NCBI GenBank assembly: GCA_963712115.1 | Contig: CAVQGX010000031.1 | Coordinates: 128,001 to 192,000 of the forward strand | Reading direction: 5' to 3' | DNA length: 64,000 bases | Source: an uncultured delta proteobacterium | GTDB lineage: Bacteria > Desulfobacterota > Syntrophobacteria > BM002 | Shown: in pieces, positions 1-9,804 of the stretch | Layout: each line of letters starts with the position of its first letter | How positions within the stretch are numbered: position 1 is the stretch's first letter | Notes under the pieces: generated by a model | What the model saw: only the letters and a program-made list of their open reading frames with translations | What the model was told of the DNA's origin: nothing | The model's database searches: none | Made by a program: the position numbers and the translations under genes

Positions 1-26
1 AACCCAAGTCTAGACTGTCAAGCCAA

Positions 27-130
27 CAAAAAAAGTGCCCCACCCTTGCCGGCTCCGAGCAAGGATGGGGCGAATCCAGGGAGGTTTCAATAGGATAGGG
101 TCCATTGGGGACAATTGAAACCCTACCCGT
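27..130 (-). ncRNA. candidate small RNA (~105 nt, two hairpins)
   Basis: Minus-strand sigma70-like promoter TTTACT(164-159)-17 bp-TATACT(141-136); hairpin GGTTTCAAT/ATTGAAACC (83-122); terminator stem 37-71 followed by 7 U (A-run 28-34); no ORF in the track. Confidence 0.45.
28..71 (-). terminator. Rho-independent terminator
   Basis: GCCCCACCCTTGC (37-49) pairs with GCAAGGATGGGGC (59-71); A7 run at 28-34 gives a U-tail on the minus strand. Confidence 0.7.
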
Positions 131-314
131 CTGATAGTATAACCTGGATACTTTGGAGAGTAAACAGGTTGCCTGTCTCATCTTTCATTTCTAATCTCAC
201 ATCTATAGTTGCTCGCTGAAAGATAGAAATGATAAATATGAAATTATAAATGCAAATTGATCTGGCCTTTTGAACTTTGCATTATCTGACCACAAGTAAG
301 AGGAGGAGATAACA

Positions 315-650
315 TTGGGATGGACGATTGATGACGCAGTATCAAACAGAACATTGAGGGATGCAAAAATCTTTGTCAGCGAGGTGTCTTTCCGCTTGGG
401 CGATCTTACTCCCAAAATTAGAGTGAGGTTGTTTAGATATCCTGGGGACAGGGAAGTCTATTTTGAGCAAAGTCATTTTGTCAAAATCCCTGACCAAAGG
501 ACCTCTGACGAAGCTTTTTTGAAATCTGACAGAGATGAAGCCTATGCCTTGACTCACGCTGTGGAGGCTCTCACTCATCCCTACGAGGCTGCCCTGGCGG
601 AGGGACTAGAACCTTCCGATTCCTGGCTGATTCTTAACAATGATTATTGA
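315..650 (+). CDS. hypothetical protein
   Basis: 111-aa ORF, TTG start with AGGAGG RBS at 301-306, directly upstream of the radical SAM gene. Confidence 0.7.
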   Translation: MGWTIDDAVSNRTLRDAKIFVSEVSFRLGDLTPKIRVRLFRYPGDREVYFEQSHFVKIPDQRTSDEAFLKSDRDEAYALTHAVEALTHPYEAALAEGLEPSDSWLILNNDY

Positions 651-691
651 GCTGTTCATTGCGGGCCGGGGGGAGAGAACCTTTAAAAAAT

Positions 692-1708
692 ATGAAAAAA
701 CTAAATTTCGAGAATGATCTTCGTGAGTGCACCCTTTGTGAACACAGGTGCGGTGTTGACCGCACCTCCGGCGATCTGGGGGTATGCCGAATGGCCGGGC
801 CCTTGGTAGCATCAAGAACTCTCCATCCTGCCCCTCCTGAAAGCTACACCATCTTCGTGGCCGGCTGTAACTTTAAGTGTTTAGGTTGCCAGAACTGGAC
901 CATATCTCAGTTTCCCGACAACAGGATGGCGGTAGACGGCTATGTTGACCCTCGGTCCCTTGCTGTGGAATCCATTAGGATGCTCGAGTCAACTGCAGGA
1001 GTGCTCATGGGAGCTGACAGGATTTTCTTCTCTGGGGGCGAACCTACTATTCATCTGCCTTTCATTGAAAATGTCATGGCAGAGGTCAGACGCATTAGGC
1101 CTGGGCTCAAGGTCAATTATGATACTAACGGCTTCATGACCGAGGAATCTCTCCGTCGAGTACTAACCTTTACCACCTCCCTGACCTTTGACATTAAGGC
1201 CTATTATGACGACACCATGAGGGCCATAACCGGGGCACCTGTAGAACCAGTATTGCGAAATGCCGAAATAGTTGGCAGAACTGCTCGAGATAAGCTGTGG
1301 GAATATCGTATAGTTGCAATACCGGGGATCAACGAGGATGACATTGAACCTCTTTGCCGTTTCCTCGCCTGCATATCTCAAGAGCTGCCCGTTGCCTTTC
1401 TCGCCTTTAGGCCCAATTTCGTGCTGGACGAACACTGTGGAGCCCCGAGGGAGCTCATGAAGAGGTGTGTCGAGCAGGCAAAAGCAGTAGGCTTGAAAAA
1501 CGTCACTTACGCTGGCATGACCAACATACCGGGAAACATGGGATCCTTACTAGAAGAGGTAGAAGAGGCCTACGAAAGGTCAGGCGCCAGATTAGCCGCT
1601 TCCTATGCTCGCTCAAAGGGTTGCACTACCCATCCCCGGGACTGTGGTGACTGCCAGTCTGTGAGCAATTGCCCGATTAAAAAATACATACCTTTGCGGA
1701 ATTGTTAG
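692..1708 (+). CDS. radical SAM protein (PflX / AmmeMemoRadiSam-like activase family)
   Basis: N-terminal CxLCxHRC, CxxxCxxC motif (GCNFKCLGC), FSGGEPT, DTNG; ATG 692 in frame with track ORF 647. Confidence 0.85.
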   Translation: MKKLNFENDLRECTLCEHRCGVDRTSGDLGVCRMAGPLVASRTLHPAPPESYTIFVAGCNFKCLGCQNWTISQFPDNRMAVDGYVDPRSLAVESIRMLESTAGVLMGADRIFFSGGEPTIHLPFIENVMAEVRRIRPGLKVNYDTNGFMTEESLRRVLTFTTSLTFDIKAYYDDTMRAITGAPVEPVLRNAEIVGRTARDKLWEYRIVAIPGINEDDIEPLCRFLACISQELPVAFLAFRPNFVLDEHCGAPRELMKRCVEQAKAVGLKNVTYAGMTNIPGNMGSLLEEVEEAYERSGARLAASYARSKGCTTHPRDCGDCQSVSNCPIKKYIPLRNC

Positions 1709-1721
1709 TCCTCCCAACCTA

Positions 1722-2726
1722 TTATCCGTCCCTATCGAAAGCGCATTGTGCGGCTCCCAGCAGGGCCGCCCTATCATTTAGGATGACTCTAACGGGGATT
1801 TTCTCGATAACTTTCGCGAATCTGCCTTTGTTCTTATATGCTTGGATGAAAAGTGGCTCCTGTAATTTAGGCAGGATCTTGGGCGGGATCCCCCCTCCCA
1901 AATAAACACCTCCGGTGGTCATAGCTGTCAAGGCCAGGTTTCCTGCAGCAGCTCCCAGGACGGAAACAAACACATTCAAAGCCTCCACGCACAGTGGGTG
2001 TCCATCAGCCAAGCCAACTTCACTTATTGCCGCTGCCGGCTCCATTTCCTTAAACTTCCTAGCCAGCCAAACAGGTTCGCGGTAGCGGCCTGAATCCTTA
2101 AGCCACAAATAGATATTCACCAACCCGGGACCCGATATGACCCTTTCAATGCTCACATGACCGTACTTTTCACGCAGATATTGCCACAGTTCAATCTCTG
2201 CTTTGCTATTGGGTGCAAAATCAACATGTCCCCCCTCCGAAGAAATGGGGATGTACTTGCCATCCCAATGGATGAGAAATCCTGTTCCCAGGCCTGTTCC
2301 CGGGGCCATGATGGCAAGATTTTGACCTTTTCTTGCCTTTGCTTTGTTAAGGGGAAACAGTTCTTTTCTATTAAGGAGGGGTACTGCCAGGGCCGTGGCT
2401 GTCAAGTCATTAATCAAACAAACATGGGACAACTCGAGTTGCCGCTTCATTCGAGCTTCGGAAACATCCCAAGGCAGATTGGTGGTTTTGACTCTCCCAC
2501 CGATCACTGGACCTGCAATGCCGAAGCAAGCTTTGCTGACCCGTACTTGGTGTTTCGCCAGAAAACTCTTCACTATATGTTCGAGGCTGGGGGCCTGCCG
2601 ACTGGGATAAGTCTCCGCAACCTTCAAGACAGGGCGCTTTTCCCCCCTGCGAAAGAGCCCCAGGTTAGTCTTGGTTCCCCCTATGTCTCCAGCCAGTACG
2701 AGACTGCTCTCCCTAATGTAAGTCAT
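1722..2726 (-). CDS. glk: glucokinase
   Basis: LAGDIGGTKT, INDL, APGTGLG, SEGGHVDF, GGVYLGGGI motifs; AAGGAG RBS before ATG 2726. Confidence 0.93.
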   Translation of the reverse strand: MTYIRESSLVLAGDIGGTKTNLGLFRRGEKRPVLKVAETYPSRQAPSLEHIVKSFLAKHQVRVSKACFGIAGPVIGGRVKTTNLPWDVSEARMKRQLELSHVCLINDLTATALAVPLLNRKELFPLNKAKARKGQNLAIMAPGTGLGTGFLIHWDGKYIPISSEGGHVDFAPNSKAEIELWQYLREKYGHVSIERVISGPGLVNIYLWLKDSGRYREPVWLARKFKEMEPAAAISEVGLADGHPLCVEALNVFVSVLGAAAGNLALTAMTTGGVYLGGGIPPKILPKLQEPLFIQAYKNKGRFAKVIEKIPVRVILNDRAALLGAAQCAFDRDG

Positions 2727-2871
2727 CTGCTCCTTCTCCTTGCACACCATGGTAGCGCCCAATGAGTACTAACCACTGCTAATCGATAAAACATTTTAGC
2801 CTCAATAAGCCTACAAAAAAAGAGAGTTCCTTGTCTACTTCTCTCCTTTCTTATAATTGATGGATGAACTC

Positions 2872-2901
2872 AGCCCGGATGATTCATCAAATATCCGGAC
2901 T
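2872..2901. repeat. collapsed remnant of the 184-bp MITE
   Basis: AGCCCGGAT fused to GATTCATCAAATATCCGGACT, i.e. the two MITE ends without the interior. Confidence 0.5.
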
Positions 2902-3207
2902 CGGCTATGCTTACGATGCAGAAAAATCTTTTAGGCCGGAGTTGGTAGTTCGAGGAAATTGATAATATGGCTGGGGTGGGATAATCGATGGTTAATTTTG
3001 TTAATTTGTAGATAACTAATAGAATTATTTGATATTACAATAATTTTTTTTAACAACTTAGTCGTGATCTTGATTTATCTTACGACAGTGAGAGGGCAAA
3101 CTATTAGTATATCTTATAAAATGCAGAGTTTTTGAATTTTTGTTTTGACACTTAAAAAATTTTACGCTACAGTCACTTTATTAAATTGGGGAAAGTGTAA
3201 ACTTATT

Positions 3208-3681
3208 CTATATGTTGGCACATTTTTTCACACTATCATCTTTGACAAACACAATAGCCAGTTCTTGTTTTTCTTTAGCAACTCTCTTAATTTTACCTGA
3301 TACATTGACGATATTAATTTCCTCTCTGTCTGAAATTAATTTATTATAATACAATTTCAAATTAACCATTTCCTCTTTATTAAAATGTGTCCAATTGTCT
3401 AATTTAATAAGAGCGCCTTTTACACTTACATCGACAACAGTTCCTTCGATATTGCGTTTTGGTTTCTTGTTACTAACCACAACCCTGAAGGGTCTTGCTA
3501 TTCGGCGGTATTTTCGTTTCTCTTTGTGATAAATTTTGCACTTATCACAGGTGTCAATAGCGGCCTTGAGTTCTGAGGCCTGGATTAACTGAGGAATCAG
3601 GTAAGCTTTGTCGATGATTAACTGATCAGGGCAGCGCCGAGTACAATAATAATGACACTTTTCCCAGGTTGGCTCTTTCAT
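3208..3681 (-). CDS. PilZ domain protein with N-terminal Cys-rich segment
   Basis: RxxxR (KRKYRR) and DVSVKG motifs; CHYYCTRRC...CDKC; GGAGGT RBS before ATG 3681. Confidence 0.8.
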   Translation of the reverse strand: MKEPTWEKCHYYCTRRCPDQLIIDKAYLIPQLIQASELKAAIDTCDKCKIYHKEKRKYRRIARPFRVVVSNKKPKRNIEGTVVDVSVKGALIKLDNWTHFNKEEMVNLKLYYNKLISDREEINIVNVSGKIKRVAKEKQELAIVFVKDDSVKKCANI

Positions 3682-3954
3682 GGGCCACCTCCGCTGGGAG
3701 AGTCTAAGTTGGGTGGTCAAATTAAGAATAAAATCTTAAACTTGGAGACAAACCTGGATCACAAATATTGAGAATGCGCGACAAAACCTATTAAAGATGT
3801 ATTAAATTACGTTTTGCCCCGATTGTAAATACGAAAAATTCGTAGATTGTTTATTTTTTGTCGATTTTTTGTTAGTTTCTTGTAAAAAACTTCAAAGCGC
3901 GCATATAATTAATTTGCTTTACCACGAAGTTTCATAACTTTCGAAGAGCACAGC

Positions 3955-4278
3955 ATGGATTCATTTGAAAGAAGGAAGTATACGAGAACACTAAATAATT
4001 TCAAGATCAAGATAAAGCTTGCTCGTACATCCAAAGAAGTGGACGGAGTCACTGAGAACTTATCCCAAGGGGGAGCCTTTGTTATGAGCCGATCCTGGCC
4101 CGTCCTTCAAAAGGATGAACAGGCGGAGATGCGTCTTTTTCTACCTCCTGAGTTCACCGGACAAAACCACACTCTGACCCTCACCGGCCCGGCAGTGATC
4201 AGGAGGATTGACAAGCATAAGCAAGGCGTGGCCGTCGAGTTTTTGAAAGAGTTAAAAACCTTCAAACCCTCCCTATAG
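3955..4278 (+). CDS. single-domain PilZ protein
   Basis: ERRKYTR and NLSQGG c-di-GMP-binding motifs, GVAVEF. Confidence 0.85.
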   Translation: MDSFERRKYTRTLNNFKIKIKLARTSKEVDGVTENLSQGGAFVMSRSWPVLQKDEQAEMRLFLPPEFTGQNHTLTLTGPAVIRRIDKHKQGVAVEFLKELKTFKPSL

Positions 4279-4459
4279 CCCGGATATTTCATGAATCACC
4301 TGCTGCGATCACGGATATGGCCGTCCTCCCTGGCGTCCTCGAGTGTCGACCCCTGCGACGTACCGTTCAGGTACGCCTCGGAACCAACACTCTGCGGTTG
4401 CCAGGTGGCACGCCCATCTTCGCGGTCTCGCGACAGCAATTCATGAAATATCCGGGCTA
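4276..4459 (+). mobile_element. 184-bp MITE-like element, copy 1
   Basis: Perfect 21-bp terminal inverted repeats TAGCCCGGATATTTCATGAAT; near-identical inverted copy at 30500-30683; TA at both ends. Confidence 0.85.
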
Positions 4460-4538
4460 GCCCCTACATCAATAAACTTTCTCCGCTGTGACAGCCCACC
4501 AAATCTATTCAGTTGAAATCTATCGCATTGTTACCTCT

Positions 4539-4554
4539 TGGCATCACTATTGCT
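4539..4554 (+). promoter_or_regulatory. sigma54-type -24/-12 promoter
   Basis: TGGCATCACTATTGCT = GG-N10-GC, upstream of the secreted beta-propeller gene. Confidence 0.55.
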
Positions 4555-4717
4555 AATGAAAATTGATTACATGGGCGAGGTATAAACCAGGTGAAGAGTG
4601 AAGACAAATCAGCTCAACTCGCTCTCTGTGGTTTGGTGCACTGTTTAGACTTGTAAATGTTTTCGCTTGGCCCTGAGTAAGACCTCCTCATGGTGTGAAG
4701 AATGAAGGAGAAAACCA

Positions 4718-6100
4718 GTGGGTATGAGGCGCAAAGCTCTGCTTTTACTCAGCCTTGGACTCCTTTTTCTGCGTCAGGCGGGGGGAATCTGTTGGTCCCA
4801 GACCACTGAGCGCGTGAGTGTGGACACGGCCGGCGTCGAAGGAGACGGTCCTAGCTTTGCCCCCTCCATCACTGCCGATGGCAGATACGTAGCCTTCCAG
4901 TCTGAAGCCACCGACCTGGTGCCAGTTGGTAGCAATGGTTTAATCCAAATTTTCGTCCACGACCGGCAGACAAAACGGGCAACCACTGCACCCAGGAATC
5001 TAGAGTAGTAAACTCAGGCGGCGAACGAAGGAGACATCCGTAGCAATTCCCCCTCCATCTCTGGAGATGGCTGTTACGTGGCCTTCGAGTCCTGGGCCAC
5101 CAACCTGGTGGATATCTGGTGATGGTATATTTCCTGACATCTTTGTCCACAATCGCAGACCGGAACCACCATCAGGGTGAGTGTGGACTCGGCGGGCTAT
5201 CGAAGGAAGCGGCCACTAGCTCTTCCCCCTCCATCTCTGCCGATGGCAGATACGTGACCTTCGAGTCTGATGCCGACCTGGTGGCTACTGATAGCGGTGA
5301 TTACTATGACATCTTTGTCCACGACCGCGATGCAGATGAAAACGGGACATACGACGAACCCGCACCCGTTGGAATCTCTACTATACGCGTAAGTGTGGCC
5401 GCAGGGGGCAACGAAGCAAACGGCGAATAGCTATTCCCCCTCCATTTCTGGAGATGGCAGATACGTGGCCTTCGAGTCTGACTCCACCGACCTACTGGCA
5501 GGTGGCACCAACGGCAACGCTCACGTCTTTGTCCGCGACCTCCAGACAGGAATCACTACAATAGTGAGTGTCGACTCAGGCGGCACCGAAGGAAACGGCG
5601 ACAGTTCGGCCCCCTCAATTTCTTCTTTGGATGGCAAATTCGTGGCCTTTGAGTCCATCGCCAGCAACCTTGTGGCTGTTGATACCAATGGATTTTCTGA
5701 CATCTTCGTATACGAACGCGAGTCCCTGCCACCCAATGTCGACTCGACCAGTCCAGCCGATAGTGCCAATGGTGTGGCCGTAGGGTCTTCTATCACCGCC
5801 ACCTTCTCTGAACCAATGAATGGATCAACCATCGATACCAATACATTCACCCTGGACAACGGTGTCACCGGTACAGTCAGCTATGATGCGAACAGCATCA
5901 CAGCTAGGTTCACTCCCACGAGCAACCTCGATTACGATACCACTTATATCGCCACCATCACCAACGCCGCCGAGGACTTAGCCGGCAATCCCATGCTGGC
6001 TGACCATACCTGGTCCTTTACTACTAAGTCTGAACAAAAAAATAGTGGCGGAAGCGGTCCGTGCTTCATCGCCACCGCCGCGAGTGACCGGAGCTCTTAG
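4718..6100 (+). pseudogene. secreted TolB-like (PD40) beta-propeller + Ig-like (Big_5) domain + CFI-box tail, split by several frameshifts
   Basis: Signal peptide; repeated PSISxDGRYVAFES...DIFVHD units spread over ORFs 4718, 5119 and 5393; ITATFSEPM/FTPTSNL Ig-like domain; ends in CFIATAA. Confidence 0.75.
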
Positions 6101-6140
6101 TTTATCACCCACCCAAACAGCTCCAAGATTGTGCTTTTGC

Positions 6141-6170
6141 TTGACACCAAGCGCTTCCCTCGCCTAATCT
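6141..6170 (+). promoter_or_regulatory. putative sigma70 promoter
   Basis: TTGACA-18 bp-TAATCT upstream of the adenylate cyclase gene. Confidence 0.4.
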
Positions 6171-6301
6171 AAAAACAGTTCGAACTCCCCGTTCCAAGAG
6201 CATTCTCAAGCGATCACATCTGAACCTCAAGTACTCGTGCCAGGCTCAATCCCACCTCATTCCATAGCTTACCTTCTCTATCCCTTAAAGGAGGTATTGG
6301 C

Positions 6302-8196
6302 ATGGCTACAGAAGAATTTAAACGCAAGCTCACCGCTATCCTCAGCGCAGATGTCAAGGGCTACAGCCGCCTCATGGGCGAAGATGAGGAAGCCACGGTC
6401 CGCACCATAACCGCCCACCGGAAGGTGATAACCTCGGTGGTCGAGAAGTACCGGGGCCGGGTGGTGGACTCGCCAGGAGACAACATACTGGCTGAGTTTG
6501 TCAGTGTGGTGGATGCAGTGCAGAGTGCGGTGGAGATTCAGGAGGTGATCCGAGCTAAGAATGCTGAACTGCCTGAAGACCGCAGGATGGAGTTTCGCAT
6601 CGGCATCAACCTCGGTGATGTGATCCAGGAGGGTGAGCGCATCTATGGTGATGGGGTCAACATCGCTGCCCGGGTGGAGGGTCTGGCCGATCCGGGAGGC
6701 ATCTGCATCTCAGGGAGCGCCTACGAGCAGATCGAGAACAAGCTGGCCTTAGGCTATGATTACATAGGCGAACACACCGTAAAAAACATCGTCAAACCCA
6801 TACGGGTATACAGGGTGCCAACAGGGCCAGAAAAACTCCAAAAGGTTACTGAAGAGAAAAAGCCCGCCCCGAATTGGCAACGAGCGTCTCTCGCAGTGGT
6901 GATTGCACTCGTTGTGGTGGCAGGCGGCGTAGCGATTTGGAAATCTTACCGACCTTCTACTCCGCCAAGGGAGGTTGCCTCCGTGGAGAAGATGGGATTT
7001 CCTTTGCCTGACAAGCCTTCCATTGCGGTACTGCCTTTTAGTAACCTGAGCGGCGACCCATCTCAAGACTATCTGAGCGACGGGACCACCGAGAACATCA
7101 TCACGGCGCTTTCCAAGATCTCAAACCTGTTTGTCATTGCCCGGAACTCGTGCTTTCACCTACAAGGGCAAGACGGTGAAGATACAGCAGGTAGCCGAGG
7201 ATCTCGGGGTGCGCTATGTGCTGGAGGGCAGCGTTCAGAAGGCTGGCGAGCGCGTGCGGATCAACGCACAGCTGGTCGACGGTCTCACGGGGCGTCACCT
7301 TTGGGCCGAGCGCTACGACCGCCAGATTAGCGACATCTTCGCCCTGCAGGATGACATTACCAACCAGGTGGTTACGGCTCTCGAGGTTAAGCTCACCGAA
7401 GGTGAAGCAGCCCGCATATCACGAAGGCAGACAGATAACAACGAAGCGTATGAACTTTTCCGGCAGGGCCTGGAGATTTTCCGGCGCTATACCAAGACTG
7501 ATAACGATCAGGCACGGCGGCTCTTTGAGAAAGCCGTTGCCTTAGACCCCGGTTTTGCAGACGCGTGGTGTTTTCTAGGGCTATACTTACCAGATAGATT
7601 GGTACTTTGGCTGGAGCGAGAATGCGGCGCAATCTCTTGAGCGGGCTACTGAACTGGCGCAGAAAGCCATAACCCTCGACGACTCCTCTCCCTACCCTTA
7701 TATGCTCTTGGAGATCATTAGCCTTTTGAGGCGGGAGTATGACAAGGCGATCGCCTACGGTGAGAAAGCAGTCGCCCTCGAGCCCAACCACGCCGAAGCC
7801 ACGTTGGAGTTGGCTCGCACGCTGACATACGCCGGGAGACCTGAGGAAACCATCGAACTGACCAAAAAGGCGATGCGTCTTAGCCCCTATTACCCCGACT
7901 GGTACTTGGGCGTTTTGGGCACTGCTTATCGTTTGGCGGGGAACTACGACGAAGCGATTGCCGCCTATGATAAGCGGCGCGAGCGCAACCCCCATTCGAC
8001 CATGCCCTATCTTGGACTGGCTCTAGTATACACGGAGGTGGGTCGAGACGAAGAAGCCCGAGCTGCGTCTGCTGAGGTACTCAAGAGAAACCCCAAGATC
8101 TCTTTGAAACAGTTGACGAATAGACTTCCCTATAAAGACCCAGCCGAGGTCGATCGGATTATTGCTGCGCTCCGCAAGGCGGGCCTGCCCGATTAG
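6302..8196 (+). pseudogene. class III adenylate/guanylate cyclase with TM helix, TolB-like and TPR domains; two +1 frameshifts (~7150, ~7580), possibly sequencing errors
   Basis: ILSADVKGYS, GDNILAEF, RIGINLGDV, GDGVNIAARVE; PSIAVLPF; continues in ORFs 7131 and 7702 (TPR) to LRKAGLPD. Confidence 0.85.
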
Positions 8197-8249
8197 ATAA
8201 GAAAACTTGCAACGAATCCTGCCTCTATAAGGATAAGGAGGGAAAAGCC

Positions 8250-8807
8250 ATGATTATGTTGCCGACCGTCAAAGCGCGCCAGCGTGTTACGGGCCTTTTC
8301 TCGGCCATGTTCTTGGTTGCCTTTCTCATGTTACCTTTGGCATGTGCATCATTCGGCCAGAAGAGAAAACTCAATGAAGTCAAGGCAAAAGTTGAAGCGA
8401 CTTGGATTTTGGAGGAGTGGTATATGAAAGGGGAAGCTGTGAGCCCTCCGAAGGTGGAAGGTCGCTTCATTATCCATGACAATGCTTTCGTGTTGATCCT
8501 GCTCAATCGGGCAGGTGAGTTGCCTTGGTCGTACTATGGCTATGGGAAGTATACATTAGACGGTTCTACCTTCTCGATGAAATTTGACGAAGTCGAATTC
8601 TTCAAAGAGTCGACTTCTGGGATTACTGTTTCTCGCAAGCTTTTGTGGGACGGAAAGATGAAGTATTTTACAATTCGTACAGATAACAGCAAGTTGCACA
8701 TGCGGTGTGACGATATTGATTTTGACCTAATCGTTGATGGGGATACCCTCACACTCAAGCAAGCTGGCAAAGTAACCAGAACCTATCGGCGGGCGGGGGC
8801 CATGTGA
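8250..8807 (+). CDS. hypothetical exported protein (beta-barrel/lipocalin-like, inferred)
   Basis: 185-aa ORF, AGGAGG RBS, N-terminal hydrophobic signal, TW motif. Confidence 0.7.
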   Translation: MIMLPTVKARQRVTGLFSAMFLVAFLMLPLACASFGQKRKLNEVKAKVEATWILEEWYMKGEAVSPPKVEGRFIIHDNAFVLILLNRAGELPWSYYGYGKYTLDGSTFSMKFDEVEFFKESTSGITVSRKLLWDGKMKYFTIRTDNSKLHMRCDDIDFDLIVDGDTLTLKQAGKVTRTYRRAGAM

Positions 8808-8921
8808 AGGCATCCTCATCAAGGAGCCAATAGAGTTGTCTAATAGGGGCTGCACGCGGCCTGGAATTTCTCTTTGGAGTTGCAGCTACCAAATATAGTC
8901 CTTACTCGGCAGCAAATGTGA

Positions 8922-8958
8922 AAGCCCCTGTCAGCTCGCAGTGACAGGGGCTTGTTTT
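8922..8958. terminator. terminator between convergent genes
   Basis: AAGCCCCTGTCA / TGACAGGGGCTT 12-bp stem followed by GTTTT. Confidence 0.75.
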
Positions 8959-8993
8959 ATCTCAACTATGGGGCCACTTTGAATGTAGATTTT

Positions 8994-9755
8994 TTACTCT
9001 TCAGCCTTAATCTTTTTAATTATTTTCGGAATGAAAAATGAGAAGACAAACAACCCTATGGAGAAGAAGACTTTAAAGGACAGGAGCTCTCCCCAGTTTC
9101 CGGAAACCCAGACATCCTTGAGCGTCCCTATGAAGAAGGTGAAGATAAAAGTCCCCACGATGATGCCCAACCCTGTACCAAAAAAGTAATCCCAAAAACG
9201 CACTTTGGTGAGGCCCATGCCAAAATTCATCGGGGTGAAGGGAAAATAGACGAGCCGCAGATAGAGAGTCGTGGCAAAGCCGTTCCGCTCGATGGCATCG
9301 TCATATTTTTTGAGCTTATCTCCGATCAGAGAGGCGGCAAATTCTCTTCCAAGGGTGCGACCAATCCAAAAAGCTCCACTGGCCCCGGCCATGGCCCCAA
9401 ACCAGACATAGACAAAGCCCCAATAAGCCCCGAAAATGGCAGCGCCCAGCCCGGTTAGTAAAGTTCCAGGTAGGAAAAGACAAACCCCTGCGGCATAAAC
9501 AAAGACAAAAGCCAGAGGGGCCCAAAATCCGGCCGAATTAAGAAAATTTCCCAAGGCTTCGGCATTGAGATAACCTTTGGCCGGAGTGAATTTGACCAGG
9601 CAAATAGCTATTATAATAAAAGCCACAAATATAGATGCTTTTATCATGGCTTTTTTGCGATCTACCGTTGCAGACTCTATTGCTTGTTCCATGTTCTCTT
9701 TTCGAACTTCCATTGCTGTAGTTTGCGGTTTGTTTTCTTTTTCAGTACTCTTCAT
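8994..9755 (-). CDS. TVP38/TMEM64 (DedA/VTT) family membrane protein
   Basis: PGTLLTGLGAAIFG, FWIGRTLGR, YLRLVYFPF motifs, multiple TM helices. Confidence 0.88.
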   Translation of the reverse strand: MKSTEKENKPQTTAMEVRKENMEQAIESATVDRKKAMIKASIFVAFIIIAICLVKFTPAKGYLNAEALGNFLNSAGFWAPLAFVFVYAAGVCLFLPGTLLTGLGAAIFGAYWGFVYVWFGAMAGASGAFWIGRTLGREFAASLIGDKLKKYDDAIERNGFATTLYLRLVYFPFTPMNFGMGLTKVRFWDYFFGTGLGIIVGTFIFTFFIGTLKDVWVSGNWGELLSFKVFFSIGLFVFSFFIPKIIKKIKAEE

Positions 9756-9804
9756 TTTCTCTTTGCTCTATGTCGTAACCACAGCAGATAGATTACATTC
9801 AAAC

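Noticed and set aside
2157-2765. Long antisense or overlapping ORFs (e.g. 2157-2765, 7393-7995, 21128-21760, 36752-37327, 51082-51636)
   Set aside because: Shadow frames of well-supported genes on the opposite strand, with no motifs.
6302-8196. Programmed ribosomal frameshifting in the cyclase or gnd
   Set aside because: No slippery heptamer or stimulatory structure seen; these families are normally contiguous, so indel error or decay is simpler.
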